DNA of 59,520 bases from Anaerolineae bacterium (GCA_034433375.1 DAOUAQ010000203.1:1-59520); one strand, 5' to 3'. Shown: positions 18,120-25,862, counted from the first letter of the stretch. Notes: generated by a model from the sequence alone, not told the origin. Program-made: numbers and translations.

Positions 18120-19620
18120 CTCTCGACTCATAACCCCCAACTTACAACCCACACTCCTGAACCGAATCGTCTGGGTACTTCTGTTGGCGCTGCTGGTGCG
18201 TGTGGTATGGCTGGCGTTTTTCCCCACCAATCCCATCGCTCCGGTGGACGCGGAGGGATTTCATTTGCTCGCGGTCAACATGCGCGCCGGACGCGGGTTC
18301 GCTATCGGCTGGGAGCCACCCTTCTGCCCGACGATGGTGCGCACGCCGTTGTATCCGCTGTTTGTGGCCGGCATTTATGCGCTGGTCGGCGCCGATCCTG
18401 GGCGGGCGCTGCTCTTTCACCTGCTCCTTGAGGCGCTGACGACGGCGCTGGTTGTTCGTCTGGGGTGTGATCTCGGCGGCAAGCGCGTAGGGTGGTGCGC
18501 AGGATTGCTCTATGCGTGCAACGGCACGACGCAGCGTTACACCGGTTATCTTCTCGCTGAGGCGTTGCTCCTCCCGCTGCTGACTGCCTCCGTGTGGCTA
18601 ACACTGCGCTGCCTTCGCCGTCCGACGCGCAAAAAAGCCGCGCTGGCCGGCTTCTTCTGGGGATTGGCCTTGCTCACCAAACCCAACGTGCAGTTTCTCG
18701 CGTTGTTCATAGGCGGCCTCCTAACGTGGCGGATGGCGAATCACGAATTACGAATTACGAATGACGAATCACGTTTTACGTTTGACGTTTTACGTTCTAC
18801 ATTTGTTTTCTGGCTTACTCTCGGTCTGACACTGTTTCCCTGGCTGTCGCGCAACCGCATCGTGTTCGACAGGTGGGCGCTCTCCACGGCTTTCGAGGAG
18901 AATCTGGCGCGGGTGGCGGTGGTGGCGACATTGGCCGAAGTGGAGAATGTGCGCGTCGAGCCGTGGACCGAGACGTGGGAATACTACTACGACCGTTTCA
19001 GCGCGGATGCGGCAGCGCGCGACGACTGGGACGGGCGCGCGTTATGGGGTGATGGGTGCGTAGAACGGCAACGTCGTCAGGTTGCGATAACGCGCGCGGC
19101 GCGTGACCTTGTGCGCGCCCACCCGCTCAGCTATCTCCGCGCTCATCTACGCGGTGTCCTGACCAGCTTGCGCGACCCCGGGCACCGGCTGTGGTATCAC
19201 GTGCTGACCGGTGCGGAATGGGAAAGCACCGGCGTCGTCGCCGACATAGGGGCGCGGATGATGTGGGCGCTGGAGCGCGGCGCGGTAGGAGATGCGCTGC
19301 GCGCGCTGTGGCTTGAGCGGGTCGCGCGCCCGCCGTTGCTGGCGGCGCTGCTGTGGTGGGGATTGGGCGCCGCGCGCGTCGCGGTATGGATTGGGGGGCT
19401 GCGGGGGGCGTGGTGTTTGCGTCGCCGCCCGTGGGCGCTGTGGGTGTTCCTGGGGATGGTCGCCTATATAGTGATGTTACCTGGGCCTATCGCGTATGAT
19501 CGTTTCTATCTGCCGGCCATTCCGGCGGTCATTGTATTAGTCCTGACAGGTGTTTTGCAACCTGTCAGGACTGGTGGAACAATTGCTCGCGGATGTCCTG
19601 ATTGCTGGAACGCAGTTTGA
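18112..19620 (+). CDS. Polytopic membrane glycosyltransferase, GT39/GT83-like (ArnT/PMT_2 type)
   Basis: Multiple TM helices. The N-terminal region PTMVRTPLYPLFVAGIYALVG...LLLEALTTALVVRLG resembles the ArnT/PMT_2 family. The start (GTG inside a repeat) and the last ~16 codons (past a hairpin, overlapping the convergent gene) are uncertain. Confidence 0.6.
   Translation: MNNSRLITPNLQPTLLNRIVWVLLLALLVRVVWLAFFPTNPIAPVDAEGFHLLAVNMRAGRGFAIGWEPPFCPTMVRTPLYPLFVAGIYALVGADPGRALLFHLLLEALTTALVVRLGCDLGGKRVGWCAGLLYACNGTTQRYTGYLLAEALLLPLLTASVWLTLRCLRRPTRKKAALAGFFWGLALLTKPNVQFLALFIGGLLTWRMANHELRITNDESRFTFDVLRSTFVFWLTLGLTLFPWLSRNRIVFDRWALSTAFEENLARVAVVATLAEVENVRVEPWTETWEYYYDRFSADAAARDDWDGRALWGDGCVERQRRQVAITRAARDLVRAHPLSYLRAHLRGVLTSLRDPGHRLWYHVLTGAEWESTGVVADIGARMMWALERGAVGDALRALWLERVARPPLLAALLWWGLGAARVAVWIGGLRGAWCLRRRPWALWVFLGMVAYIVMLPGPIAYDRFYLPAIPAVIVLVLTGVLQPVRTGGTIARGCPDCWNAV
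18736..18805. repeat. Heptamer array (ACGAATN x5 then ACGTTTN x4-5) inside the glycosyltransferase CDS
   Basis: GCGAATC ACGAATT ACGAATT ACGAATG ACGAATC ACGTTTT ACGTTTG ACGTTTT ACGTTCT ACATTTG. Translated in frame as ..ANHELRITNDESRFTFDVLRSTFV.. Confidence 0.85.
19540..19571. terminator. Perfect 12-bp inverted repeat (GTCCTGACAGGT / ACCTGTCAGGAC, 8-nt loop) at the junction of two convergent genes
   Basis: Read directly. The right arm contains the stop codon of the minus-strand cNMP-binding gene. No clear U-tracts. Confidence 0.45.
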
Positions 19621-20038
19621 TTGCCAGTTCCGCTGCGATGCGGTGCATAATGTGGAAGCCGATTTCAGGATAATCGTAGCAGAGCTTCAGCAGGCGGTCG
19701 CGGGAGATGCGGAGGAGCTGTGTATCTGTTTTGCAGCGCGCCGACGCGGAGCGCGTGCCCTGATCCACCAGAAGGATTTCGCCGAAGGTGTCATTTTCCC
19801 TGCTGGTGGCGACGACCATCGGGGCCGTGCTGCTGTTTTGCGGTTCCATCAGGATGTTCACTTCGCCGCGCGCCACGATATAGAGCGCATCGCCGGGATC
19901 GTTTTGGTGGAAGATGTACTCGCTTCCACGATAGCTGATTTCTTCACAGACCATCAAGACCAAATCGAGATGAATTTCGTTGAGGTCGCGGAAGAGATCG
20001 GATTGTCTCAGGACCCGTTTGCTTTCTTGTAGATGCAT
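19565..20038 (-). CDS. Cyclic-nucleotide-binding (cNMP) domain protein
   Basis: SDLFRDLNEIHLDLVLMVCEEISYRGSEYIFHQNDPGDALYIVARGEV and FGEILLVDQGTRSASARC match the CAP/cNMP beta-barrel pattern. No output domain (157 aa). Confidence 0.75.
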   Translation of the reverse strand: MHLQESKRVLRQSDLFRDLNEIHLDLVLMVCEEISYRGSEYIFHQNDPGDALYIVARGEVNILMEPQNSSTAPMVVATSRENDTFGEILLVDQGTRSASARCKTDTQLLRISRDRLLKLCYDYPEIGFHIMHRIAAELAIKLRSSNQDIREQLFHQS

Positions 20039-20058
20039 CTTCGTCCTCCTGCGTTAGA

Positions 20059-20574
20059 TTACAACTCGATCCATTGAAGATTGCCCGTAGCCAAATCTAC
20101 GATAGCGCACGTTGCACAGCGCCACCGGCTGTGACCGAGCGCGCCGGGATTGATCACCCGCGTCTTGCCAATGGTCTCATCGGTGGGGACGTGGGTGTGC
20201 CCGTGGATGACGTAATCGTAAGTTGCGGCGCGGATCAAGGCTTCGAGCCGCGCCCAGCTATCCCCATGGATCAACGCGATCCGCGCGCCGTTGAAACTAA
20301 GTTCGTGGACGCGGGCCAGCCGCGCCGCGCCAAAACGTTCGGCAACTGCCAGCGGCAACTGGGGTTCGTGATCCATATTGCCCCTGGCGATCCACACCTC
20401 AAAGCCGTCCAGCAAGGCGAGGGTAAACGCGCTGGTGACGTCTCCCGCGTGTAGCACGGTCTGTACCTGCGCCTCGCGGAAGCGCGCTACGGCCATGCCG
20501 AGCGTCTGCTCGTTGTTGTGCGTATCGGAGATCAGACCGATCTGCATCATCGCGTTTTTCGCTGTGCCGGTCAA
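20059..20574 (-). CDS. Metallophosphoesterase, YfcE/MJ0936 family
   Basis: LISDTHNN, HAGDV, GNMD and IHGHTH motifs. The true start may be the MMQIG methionines, 8-9 codons downstream. Confidence 0.8.
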   Translation of the reverse strand: MTGTAKNAMMQIGLISDTHNNEQTLGMAVARFREAQVQTVLHAGDVTSAFTLALLDGFEVWIARGNMDHEPQLPLAVAERFGAARLARVHELSFNGARIALIHGDSWARLEALIRAATYDYVIHGHTHVPTDETIGKTRVINPGALGHSRWRCATCAIVDLATGNLQWIEL

Positions 20575-20582
20575 GCGCGCGA

Positions 20583-21224
20583 TCAGTTTTCGCGCGCGTC
20601 TACGACCTGCATATTGATGGCTTCCATCGCGGTGATAAGGTCGCCGCGCGCGACCCCGCGCACCTTCACCATCAGCGCCCCGCCGCCATCCGGCTGGTGA
20701 AACGTCCCCAGGGCGATGATGTCGCCGCCGAGCGCCGCGATGCTGCCGGCAATCCGGCTGAGCGCGCCCGGTTCATCAACGAGGTGCAGCGTCAGCCGCA
20801 CGCCGGTCTGGCGCGCGCCCATCATCTCCAGGATGGTCTTGAAAACGTCGGTTTCCGTGATGATCCCCACCAGACGGTCGCCATCTACCACAGGCAACCC
20901 GCCAATTTTGCTATCGGCCATAATGCGCGCGGCCTCTTCCAGCGGCGCATCCGGCGCAACGGTGATGACTTTCTTGGTCATAATCTCCTCGACCTTCAGC
21001 TTGGACAGCAGGTAGCCGACTTCGTAGACGCTGAGGCTGGTCGCCGGCGATGGCGAGGCGTAGAGCAGGTCTTTCTCCGAAATGATGCCGACGAGTTTGC
21101 GTTTCTTGTTGAGGATCGGCAAGCGGCGCACGTTGTGCTGGCGCATAAAACTCAACGCTTCGGCAACGGGCATTTCCGGGGTAATGGTCACAGGATTCGT
21201 GGTCATGCAATTTTTTACTAACAT
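20583..21224 (-). CDS. CBS-pair plus ACT domain protein (AcuB-like)
   Basis: Two CBS repeats (MTTNPVTITPEMPVAEALSFMRQHNVRRLPIL.. and MTKKVITVAPDAPLEEAARIMADSKIGGLPVV..). C-terminal ACT-like VRLTLHLVDEPGALSRIAG. ATG follows GAGGAGG. Confidence 0.8.
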   Translation of the reverse strand: MLVKNCMTTNPVTITPEMPVAEALSFMRQHNVRRLPILNKKRKLVGIISEKDLLYASPSPATSLSVYEVGYLLSKLKVEEIMTKKVITVAPDAPLEEAARIMADSKIGGLPVVDGDRLVGIITETDVFKTILEMMGARQTGVRLTLHLVDEPGALSRIAGSIAALGGDIIALGTFHQPDGGGALMVKVRGVARGDLITAMEAINMQVVDAREN

Positions 21225-21239
21225 GGTTTCCTCCTCAGT

Positions 21240-21668
21240 TTAGAACGCGCCTAACTGGCATTGTACGATACGCACCCCCAGTTGGTCGGCGACGTAGCCC
21301 ACCAGCATTTTAGGGATGGCGAACTGCGCGGCGATCTCCCACGCGCGTAAGCACACGAGCCGCCCTTCATCATCCAGCGCGGACTGGATGGCGGCCTCAA
21401 GCCCTGCGGGCACGGGATGCGCGGCCATGTTGGCAGCGTCCCAACCTTTGGTGTGCCCTGGATAGCCAAACAGGCCGAGTTGACAGTGATCGAGATGGAT
21501 CTTCAGCGCGTCGGCGTTATGCCCAACAGTGAGCGGCGCGACATTAGTTTTTTCGGCGATGATGAAAGCCTGCGCGCAGGCGATCTTTTCTTCATGACTG
21601 CGCGCGCGGATGTCGGCGGCAATCGTTGCATCTGGAACAAAGTCGGCGGGTAGCTTCTTCTCTCTCAC
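21240..21668 (-). CDS. Hypothetical protein with internal duplication; each half ends C-Q-L-G-x-F
   Basis: First gene of a tight operon. GTG start after GGAGGA. The halves ..ACAQAFIIAEKTNVAPLTVGHNADALKIHLDHCQLGLF and ..VCLRAWEIAAQFAIPKMLVGYVADQLGVRIVQCQLGAF align by eye. Confidence 0.5.
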   Translation of the reverse strand: MREKKLPADFVPDATIAADIRARSHEEKIACAQAFIIAEKTNVAPLTVGHNADALKIHLDHCQLGLFGYPGHTKGWDAANMAAHPVPAGLEAAIQSALDDEGRLVCLRAWEIAAQFAIPKMLVGYVADQLGVRIVQCQLGAF

Positions 21669-21783
21669 ATTTTCCTCCGTTAAAATTGTCGTGTCGTCGT
21701 CAGTTCCATAGTCTGGTAGACTTAGGCCCGGCTTTCTGGTCTGTATGGTTGATATGGTTCAAGAATATACTGACCTTTGAAAA

Positions 21784-21812
21784 TTGCAAGTTGCGCAGAC
21801 CCGTTGTATAAT
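21784..21812 (+). promoter_or_regulatory. Promoter for mscL (TTGCAA, 17-nt spacer, TATAAT)
   Basis: -35 at 21784..21789, 17-nt spacer, -10 at 21807..21812. The leader contains the imperfect hairpin AGACGGGTCA..TGACCGTCT. Confidence 0.55.
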
Positions 21813-21889
21813 CTTTGATGAGACGGGTCACATGAAGGTAACAGGTTGACCGTCTGTATGTATTCAACCATTTATCAAGGAGGCAGATT

Positions 21890-22333
21890 ATGTGGCAAGA
21901 ATTTAAGAAATTTGTGATGCGAGGTAATGTCGTTGACTTAGCCATCGCCGTCGTCATCGGCGGCGCTTTCGGCAAGATCGTGACATCTTTTGTCAACGAT
22001 ATTTTGATGCCGCCGATTGGGTTGTTGCTTGGCAAGGTGGACTTCACGAACCTGTTCATCAACCTTTCGGGGCAGGATTACGCGAGTTTAGCTGCCGCGA
22101 AGGAGGCCGGAGCCGCTACGATCAACTACGGCTTTTTCCTCAACACCATCCTGGATTTCATCATCGTGGCCTTCGTCATCTTCCTGGTTTTGCGCGCGCT
22201 GGATCGCCTTAAGAAGAAAGAAGAACCCGCCGCGCCCGCCGCGCCGACAACCAAGCCGTGTCCGTATTGCTTCACCGACATCCCCATCAAAGCGACCCGC
22301 TGCCCGCACTGCACGTCGCAACTGCAAGGATAG
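21890..22333 (+). CDS. mscL: Large-conductance mechanosensitive channel with a C-terminal CxxC..CxxC tail
   Basis: [44 protein letters not shown] is canonical MscL. The tail is [23 protein letters not shown]. Confidence 0.9.
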   Translation: MWQEFKKFVMRGNVVDLAIAVVIGGAFGKIVTSFVNDILMPPIGLLLGKVDFTNLFINLSGQDYASLAAAKEAGAATINYGFFLNTILDFIIVAFVIFLVLRALDRLKKKEEPAAPAAPTTKPCPYCFTDIPIKATRCPHCTSQLQG

Positions 22334-22346
22334 CGTAGTGTGACAC

Positions 22347-22392
22347 AAAAAACCTGACACCCGATTTTAAGAATGGGGTGTCAGGTTTTTTT
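22347..22392. terminator. Bidirectional rho-independent terminator between convergent genes
   Basis: 10-bp stem CCTGACACCC (22353..22362) / GGGTGTCAGG (22376..22385). A-run upstream and T7 downstream. Confidence 0.8.
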
Positions 22393-22400
22393 ATGCTTCG

Positions 22401-23438
22401 TTATGATGCCGTATCGCCCGTGACGACGGAGAACTGCATCGTGCGCAGCAGCTTCACGAACGCGGCTTGCGCTCCGGCTTCCTCAAAAATGACATACAGC
22501 GTGTCTGTTTTGCCCTTTGCATTAGGATATTGAAAGCGCGTGGCCCATTTATTCTTCCAGCCATAGATCTTTCCTGCTGTAACGTCGGTGCTGTGATCGT
22601 GGCGCAAGAAAACGCCCCAATCCGTTATCGTCGTGTTGACCGTTATCCCGTAAGTCTTGGTCTTCAGAATGTGGTGGATGTAGATCATGAGCTGCTGTTC
22701 GCCCACTGGGACGACGTTGGCGACCGCGTTGCTGAACTTTCGGGTGGTTTTTCCAACTTCGAGTGGGTCAACGCTCTTGAGCTGCGTAAATTTCCCGGTC
22801 GCCTTCACCCCGTATCGTTCGGTCGGCGGGGGAACCGTCGTGTCGAGTGGATAAGGCGCAAATACTGTGCCGGGGAAGAAGAAGGGGATGCAGCACAGGC
22901 CAACGCCGACAAGCCCGACTAACAACAGCACAATGCTGTTCCCTTTTGTAGGCGGCATTGTGCCGTCTTCGATGTACAGCGCCGTCGTCGTTCTGACATC
23001 GTTTTGGGTGAACAGCGTTTCATCCTCTTTTATGGCGTCCTTCAGGTCGGTGGGGGGCGTGCGCGTCATCCCAGTGACGGTAGCGGCGCCGTTTTGCCTG
23101 GCGACGACGAGCGCCGAAGTGTGTTTCACCAAGACCATATCACCGGTTCTGGCGTCAATGAGAAAGTAGTAAGTTTCGGTTGTTTTCCCATCCTTGCTTT
23201 TTTCGTACCCCAGGTCGTAGACTGCCATGCCGGCGACGCTGACATACCGGCTTGTGGCGACGTCGCCATTGACGAGCTGCGACACTGTCACCGTTTGCGG
23301 CGTGTCTGAATTGTTCAACGCCGTGCTGAGGCTGCCCAATCCCGCGCAAGCGACAACTGCCGCCAGGACAAGAACCAATCCACATCCCACTTTGAGACTG
23401 CCAATCCGGCCTTTCCATCGCAACACACGCTCGTTCAT
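22401..23438 (-). CDS. Hypothetical membrane protein (N-terminal TM and one internal TM)
   Basis: ATG follows AGGAGG. TM segments VGCGLVLVLAAVVACAGL and SIVLLLVGLVGVGLCCIPFFF. No family recognised. Confidence 0.5.
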   Translation of the reverse strand: MNERVLRWKGRIGSLKVGCGLVLVLAAVVACAGLGSLSTALNNSDTPQTVTVSQLVNGDVATSRYVSVAGMAVYDLGYEKSKDGKTTETYYFLIDARTGDMVLVKHTSALVVARQNGAATVTGMTRTPPTDLKDAIKEDETLFTQNDVRTTTALYIEDGTMPPTKGNSIVLLLVGLVGVGLCCIPFFFPGTVFAPYPLDTTVPPPTERYGVKATGKFTQLKSVDPLEVGKTTRKFSNAVANVVPVGEQQLMIYIHHILKTKTYGITVNTTITDWGVFLRHDHSTDVTAGKIYGWKNKWATRFQYPNAKGKTDTLYVIFEEAGAQAAFVKLLRTMQFSVVTGDTAS

Positions 23439-23573
23439 CGCGCGCCTCCTGGTTGATTGGGTTTGATTATAGTGAATTCTCTGTGTTTGACAAAAGCTGT
23501 ATTGACAGGTCTGCCAAACTGTGATACCTTTACGCTAACACGCGCTGAGATTGCACGTGGATAATTTACAAAA

Positions 23574-23705
23574 TCAACGCCGAGTGTTGAGGGCTGCGGC
23601 GCTCAACAACGGGGGAACCAGGTTGGGGGCGAATCGGCAGCGACCGTGCTGCTGTAGGGTCAGCTTCTTCGATCCGAGTCCGGCAGCTAACCTCGTAGGC
23701 GTTCT
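23574..23705 (+). promoter_or_regulatory. ydaO/yuaA-class (c-di-AMP) riboswitch aptamer
   Basis: P1 candidate AACGCC (23576..23581) pairs with GGCGTT (23698..23703). Conserved blocks recalled for the class: ACGGGGGAACCA (23609..23620), GGGGGCGAATC (23625..23635) and CCGAGTCCGGCAGCTAACCTCGTAGGCG (23674..23701). Local hairpin GTTGAG..CTCAAC. Confidence 0.7.
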
Positions 23706-23706
23706 A

Positions 23707-23747
23707 GGAGAAGGCTACCTTGTGCGACAAGGCGCCTTCTTTTGTTT
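23707..23747 (+). terminator. Intrinsic terminator (expression platform) directly after the aptamer
   Basis: AGAAGGC-TA-CCTTG-TGCGA-CAAGG-C-GCCTTCT followed by TTTGTTT. Confidence 0.7.
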
Positions 23748-23749
23748 AT

Positions 23750-23896
23750 AGCTATCAGCTATCAGCTTTCAGCCGTCAGTTATCAGCGAGCAGCTATCAG
23801 CTATCAGCTTTCAGCCGTCAGTTATCAGCGAGCAGCTATCAGCGATTGGCCTTCAAATGCAAGGGCTGACCGCTGAAAGCTGACCGCTGAAAGCTA
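23750..23896. repeat. 14 AGCNNTC heptamers (two and a third copies of a 42-nt super-unit) plus an inverted 2 x 14-nt copy abutting the RBS
   Basis: AGCTATC AGCTATC AGCTTTC AGCCGTC AGTTATC AGCGAGC, repeated (23750..23847). Then (TGACCGCTGAAAGC)x2 at 23867..23894, whose reverse complement matches CAGCTTTCAGCCGTCAG at 16 of 17 positions. Confidence 0.9.
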
Positions 23897-23906
23897 TAAA
23901 GGAGTG

Positions 23907-25862
23907 ATGATGCAGAAAATACTGGTGACGCCGGGTTCTTTCGTGGTTGGCGCGAATTATTGGGCCTCGCACGCCGGCACGGCGATGTGGCGCGAGTGGC
24001 GGGCCGATGTGGTGGAACACGATTTCAAGACGCTGTCCGAAGCGGGTTTACAAGTGTTGCGCGTTTTCCCGCTTTGGCCGGATTTTCAGCCGCTCACGCA
24101 GTTGTATGGCGGGCATGGCGACCCCGTTGAAATCCGCCACGGCGAAGCGGCGCTGCCCGCCACCGAAGCCGGACGCGCCGGCGTCTCTACCGCGATGCTG
24201 CTGCGCTTTGCGGAATTCACGCGGTTGGCGGCTCAGTACGACCTCAAACTCATCGTCGGGTTGCTCACCGGCTGGATGAGCGGGCGTTTGTTCGTCCCGT
24301 CGGCGTTGGAAGGACGCAACGTGCTCACCGACCCCGTGGCGTTGCTGTGGGAGACCCGCTTCGCGCAGTATTTCGTGCGGCAGTTCAAAGACGATCCCGC
24401 CATCGCCGCGTGGGACCTGGGCAACGAGTGCAACTGCATGGCGCGCGTCCCCGGCCACGAGGCGGCATGGGCGTGGACGGCGGCGATTGTCAACGCGATC
24501 CGCGCGGTAGACCCCGACCGGCCCATCGTCTCCGGGATGCACAGCCTCACGCCCACCGGCGAGTGGCGAATGCAGGATCAGGGCGAGCTGACCGACGTGC
24601 TGACGACACACCCGTATCCGGTTTTCACGCCGCACTGCAACCAGGACCCCGTCAACACGCTCTGCACGCAACTGCACGCTACGGCGGAATCGCTGTTCTA
24701 CGCGGACCTGGGCGGCAAGCCGTGTTTTGCGGAAGAACTTGGCACGCTGGGGCCGATGGTCGCCAGCGAAACCGTCGCCGCCGACTTCATCCGCGCCGGG
24801 CTGTTCTCGCTGTGGGCGCACGATTTGCGCGGGCTGCTGTGGTGGTGCGCCAGCGATCAGACAGAGCTGACCGATGCGCCCTACGATTGGTACGCGATGG
24901 AGCGCGAGTTAGGCTTGCTGCGCACGGATGGAACGTCAAAGCCGGTGCTCAAAGAGTTCGGGAAATTCCGCGCCTTTTTGGACAACTTGCCGCAGCCGTT
25001 GCCGCCGCGCGTCACAGAAGCCGTCTGCATCCTCAGCGCCGACCAGGATCAATGGGGCGTGGCTTACAGCGCCTTCGTCCTGGCGAAACAGGCCGGCTTC
25101 GACCTGGAATTCCAGTACGAGGCGCAGCCGCTCAAGGAGGCGGACCTCTATCTGCTGCCCTGTATCAGCTGGCATCGCGTGATCCACCGCCGCCGGTATA
25201 TGGAATTGATGGCGCGCGTAGCAGAGGGCGCGACGCTCTACATCTCCTACGCTGGCGGCTTTTTGAGCCATTTCGAGGAACTGACCGGCCTGCGCGTGCT
25301 CACGCGCGCGAAGCGGACGGGCGTTTGTAGTGCGCGCTTCAGCGCGTTGGACGCTGCGCCGCAGTTCTCGATGACCGGCGAGTACCGTCTCGCGCTTGAT
25401 CCCGTGCGCGCCGAGGTGTTGGGCGTCGAGGCAGACGGCAATCCGGCGTTCACCGTCGCGCCTTACGGCAAGGGGCGCGTCTATTTCCTGGGTTTCCCGC
25501 TGGAAATGGCGCTCACGACCACGCCCGGCGCGTTCCACACGCCGGAGGCGCAGCCGTTCTGGGTGCTTTACCGCCACATCGCGCAGCCCTTTGCGCAGGC
25601 GCGCGCCATCGTCAAACATCACCCTATGCTCGGTGTGACCGAGCATCCGCTCGATGCGCGCCGCCGCGTCGTGGTCGTCATCAACTACAGCCCTGAGCCG
25701 GTGAAAACAACGCTGGACCTGGCTTCTGGTTGGACGGTGGGGGCGGTCTGGTACGGCGCAAGCGGGCTGGAGCACGCTCCAGCCCAAGCGGAAAACATAA
25801 CACTCGCGCTGCCGCGAAATGACGCCTGTGTGATTGTTGTCGAAAATCGGATGGAATTGTAG
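23907..25862 (+). CDS. Cytoplasmic clan GH-A glycoside hydrolase with GH42-like three-domain layout (family not certain)
   Basis: N-terminal TIM-barrel pattern GANYWASHAG..DFKTLSEAGLQVLRVFPLWPDFQP. Candidate acid/base WDLGNECN and nucleophile CFAEELG. The middle domain resembles the GH42 trimerisation domain (ICILSADQDQWG..ADLYLLPCI). No signal peptide. RBS AAAGGAG. Confidence 0.7.
   Translation: MMQKILVTPGSFVVGANYWASHAGTAMWREWRADVVEHDFKTLSEAGLQVLRVFPLWPDFQPLTQLYGGHGDPVEIRHGEAALPATEAGRAGVSTAMLLRFAEFTRLAAQYDLKLIVGLLTGWMSGRLFVPSALEGRNVLTDPVALLWETRFAQYFVRQFKDDPAIAAWDLGNECNCMARVPGHEAAWAWTAAIVNAIRAVDPDRPIVSGMHSLTPTGEWRMQDQGELTDVLTTHPYPVFTPHCNQDPVNTLCTQLHATAESLFYADLGGKPCFAEELGTLGPMVASETVAADFIRAGLFSLWAHDLRGLLWWCASDQTELTDAPYDWYAMERELGLLRTDGTSKPVLKEFGKFRAFLDNLPQPLPPRVTEAVCILSADQDQWGVAYSAFVLAKQAGFDLEFQYEAQPLKEADLYLLPCISWHRVIHRRRYMELMARVAEGATLYISYAGGFLSHFEELTGLRVLTRAKRTGVCSARFSALDAAPQFSMTGEYRLALDPVRAEVLGVEADGNPAFTVAPYGKGRVYFLGFPLEMALTTTPGAFHTPEAQPFWVLYRHIAQPFAQARAIVKHHPMLGVTEHPLDARRRVVVVINYSPEPVKTTLDLASGWTVGAVWYGASGLEHAPAQAENITLALPRNDACVIVVENRMEL

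Noticed and set aside
21700-22062. Minus-strand 120-aa ORF across the mscL promoter and 5' end.
   Set aside because: It lies in the AT-rich intergenic region plus the antisense strand of the highly recognisable mscL N-terminus. It has no RBS and no motifs.
23541-23570. TPP-riboswitch-like words CTGAGA and GGATAAT.
   Set aside because: These are isolated hexamers only. The ACCTGATCTGG core and the pairing partners are absent.
23600-23705. Possible cobalamin riboswitch, based on GGGAA..GGT..GCAGC..CTGTAG resemblance and a B12-box-like AGTCCGGCAGCTAACC.
   Set aside because: The 3' block CCGGCAGCTAACCTCGTAGGCG and the paired ACGGGGGAACCA / GGGGGCGAATC blocks fit the ydaO/yuaA (c-di-AMP) class much better. 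No B12-related genes lie downstream.
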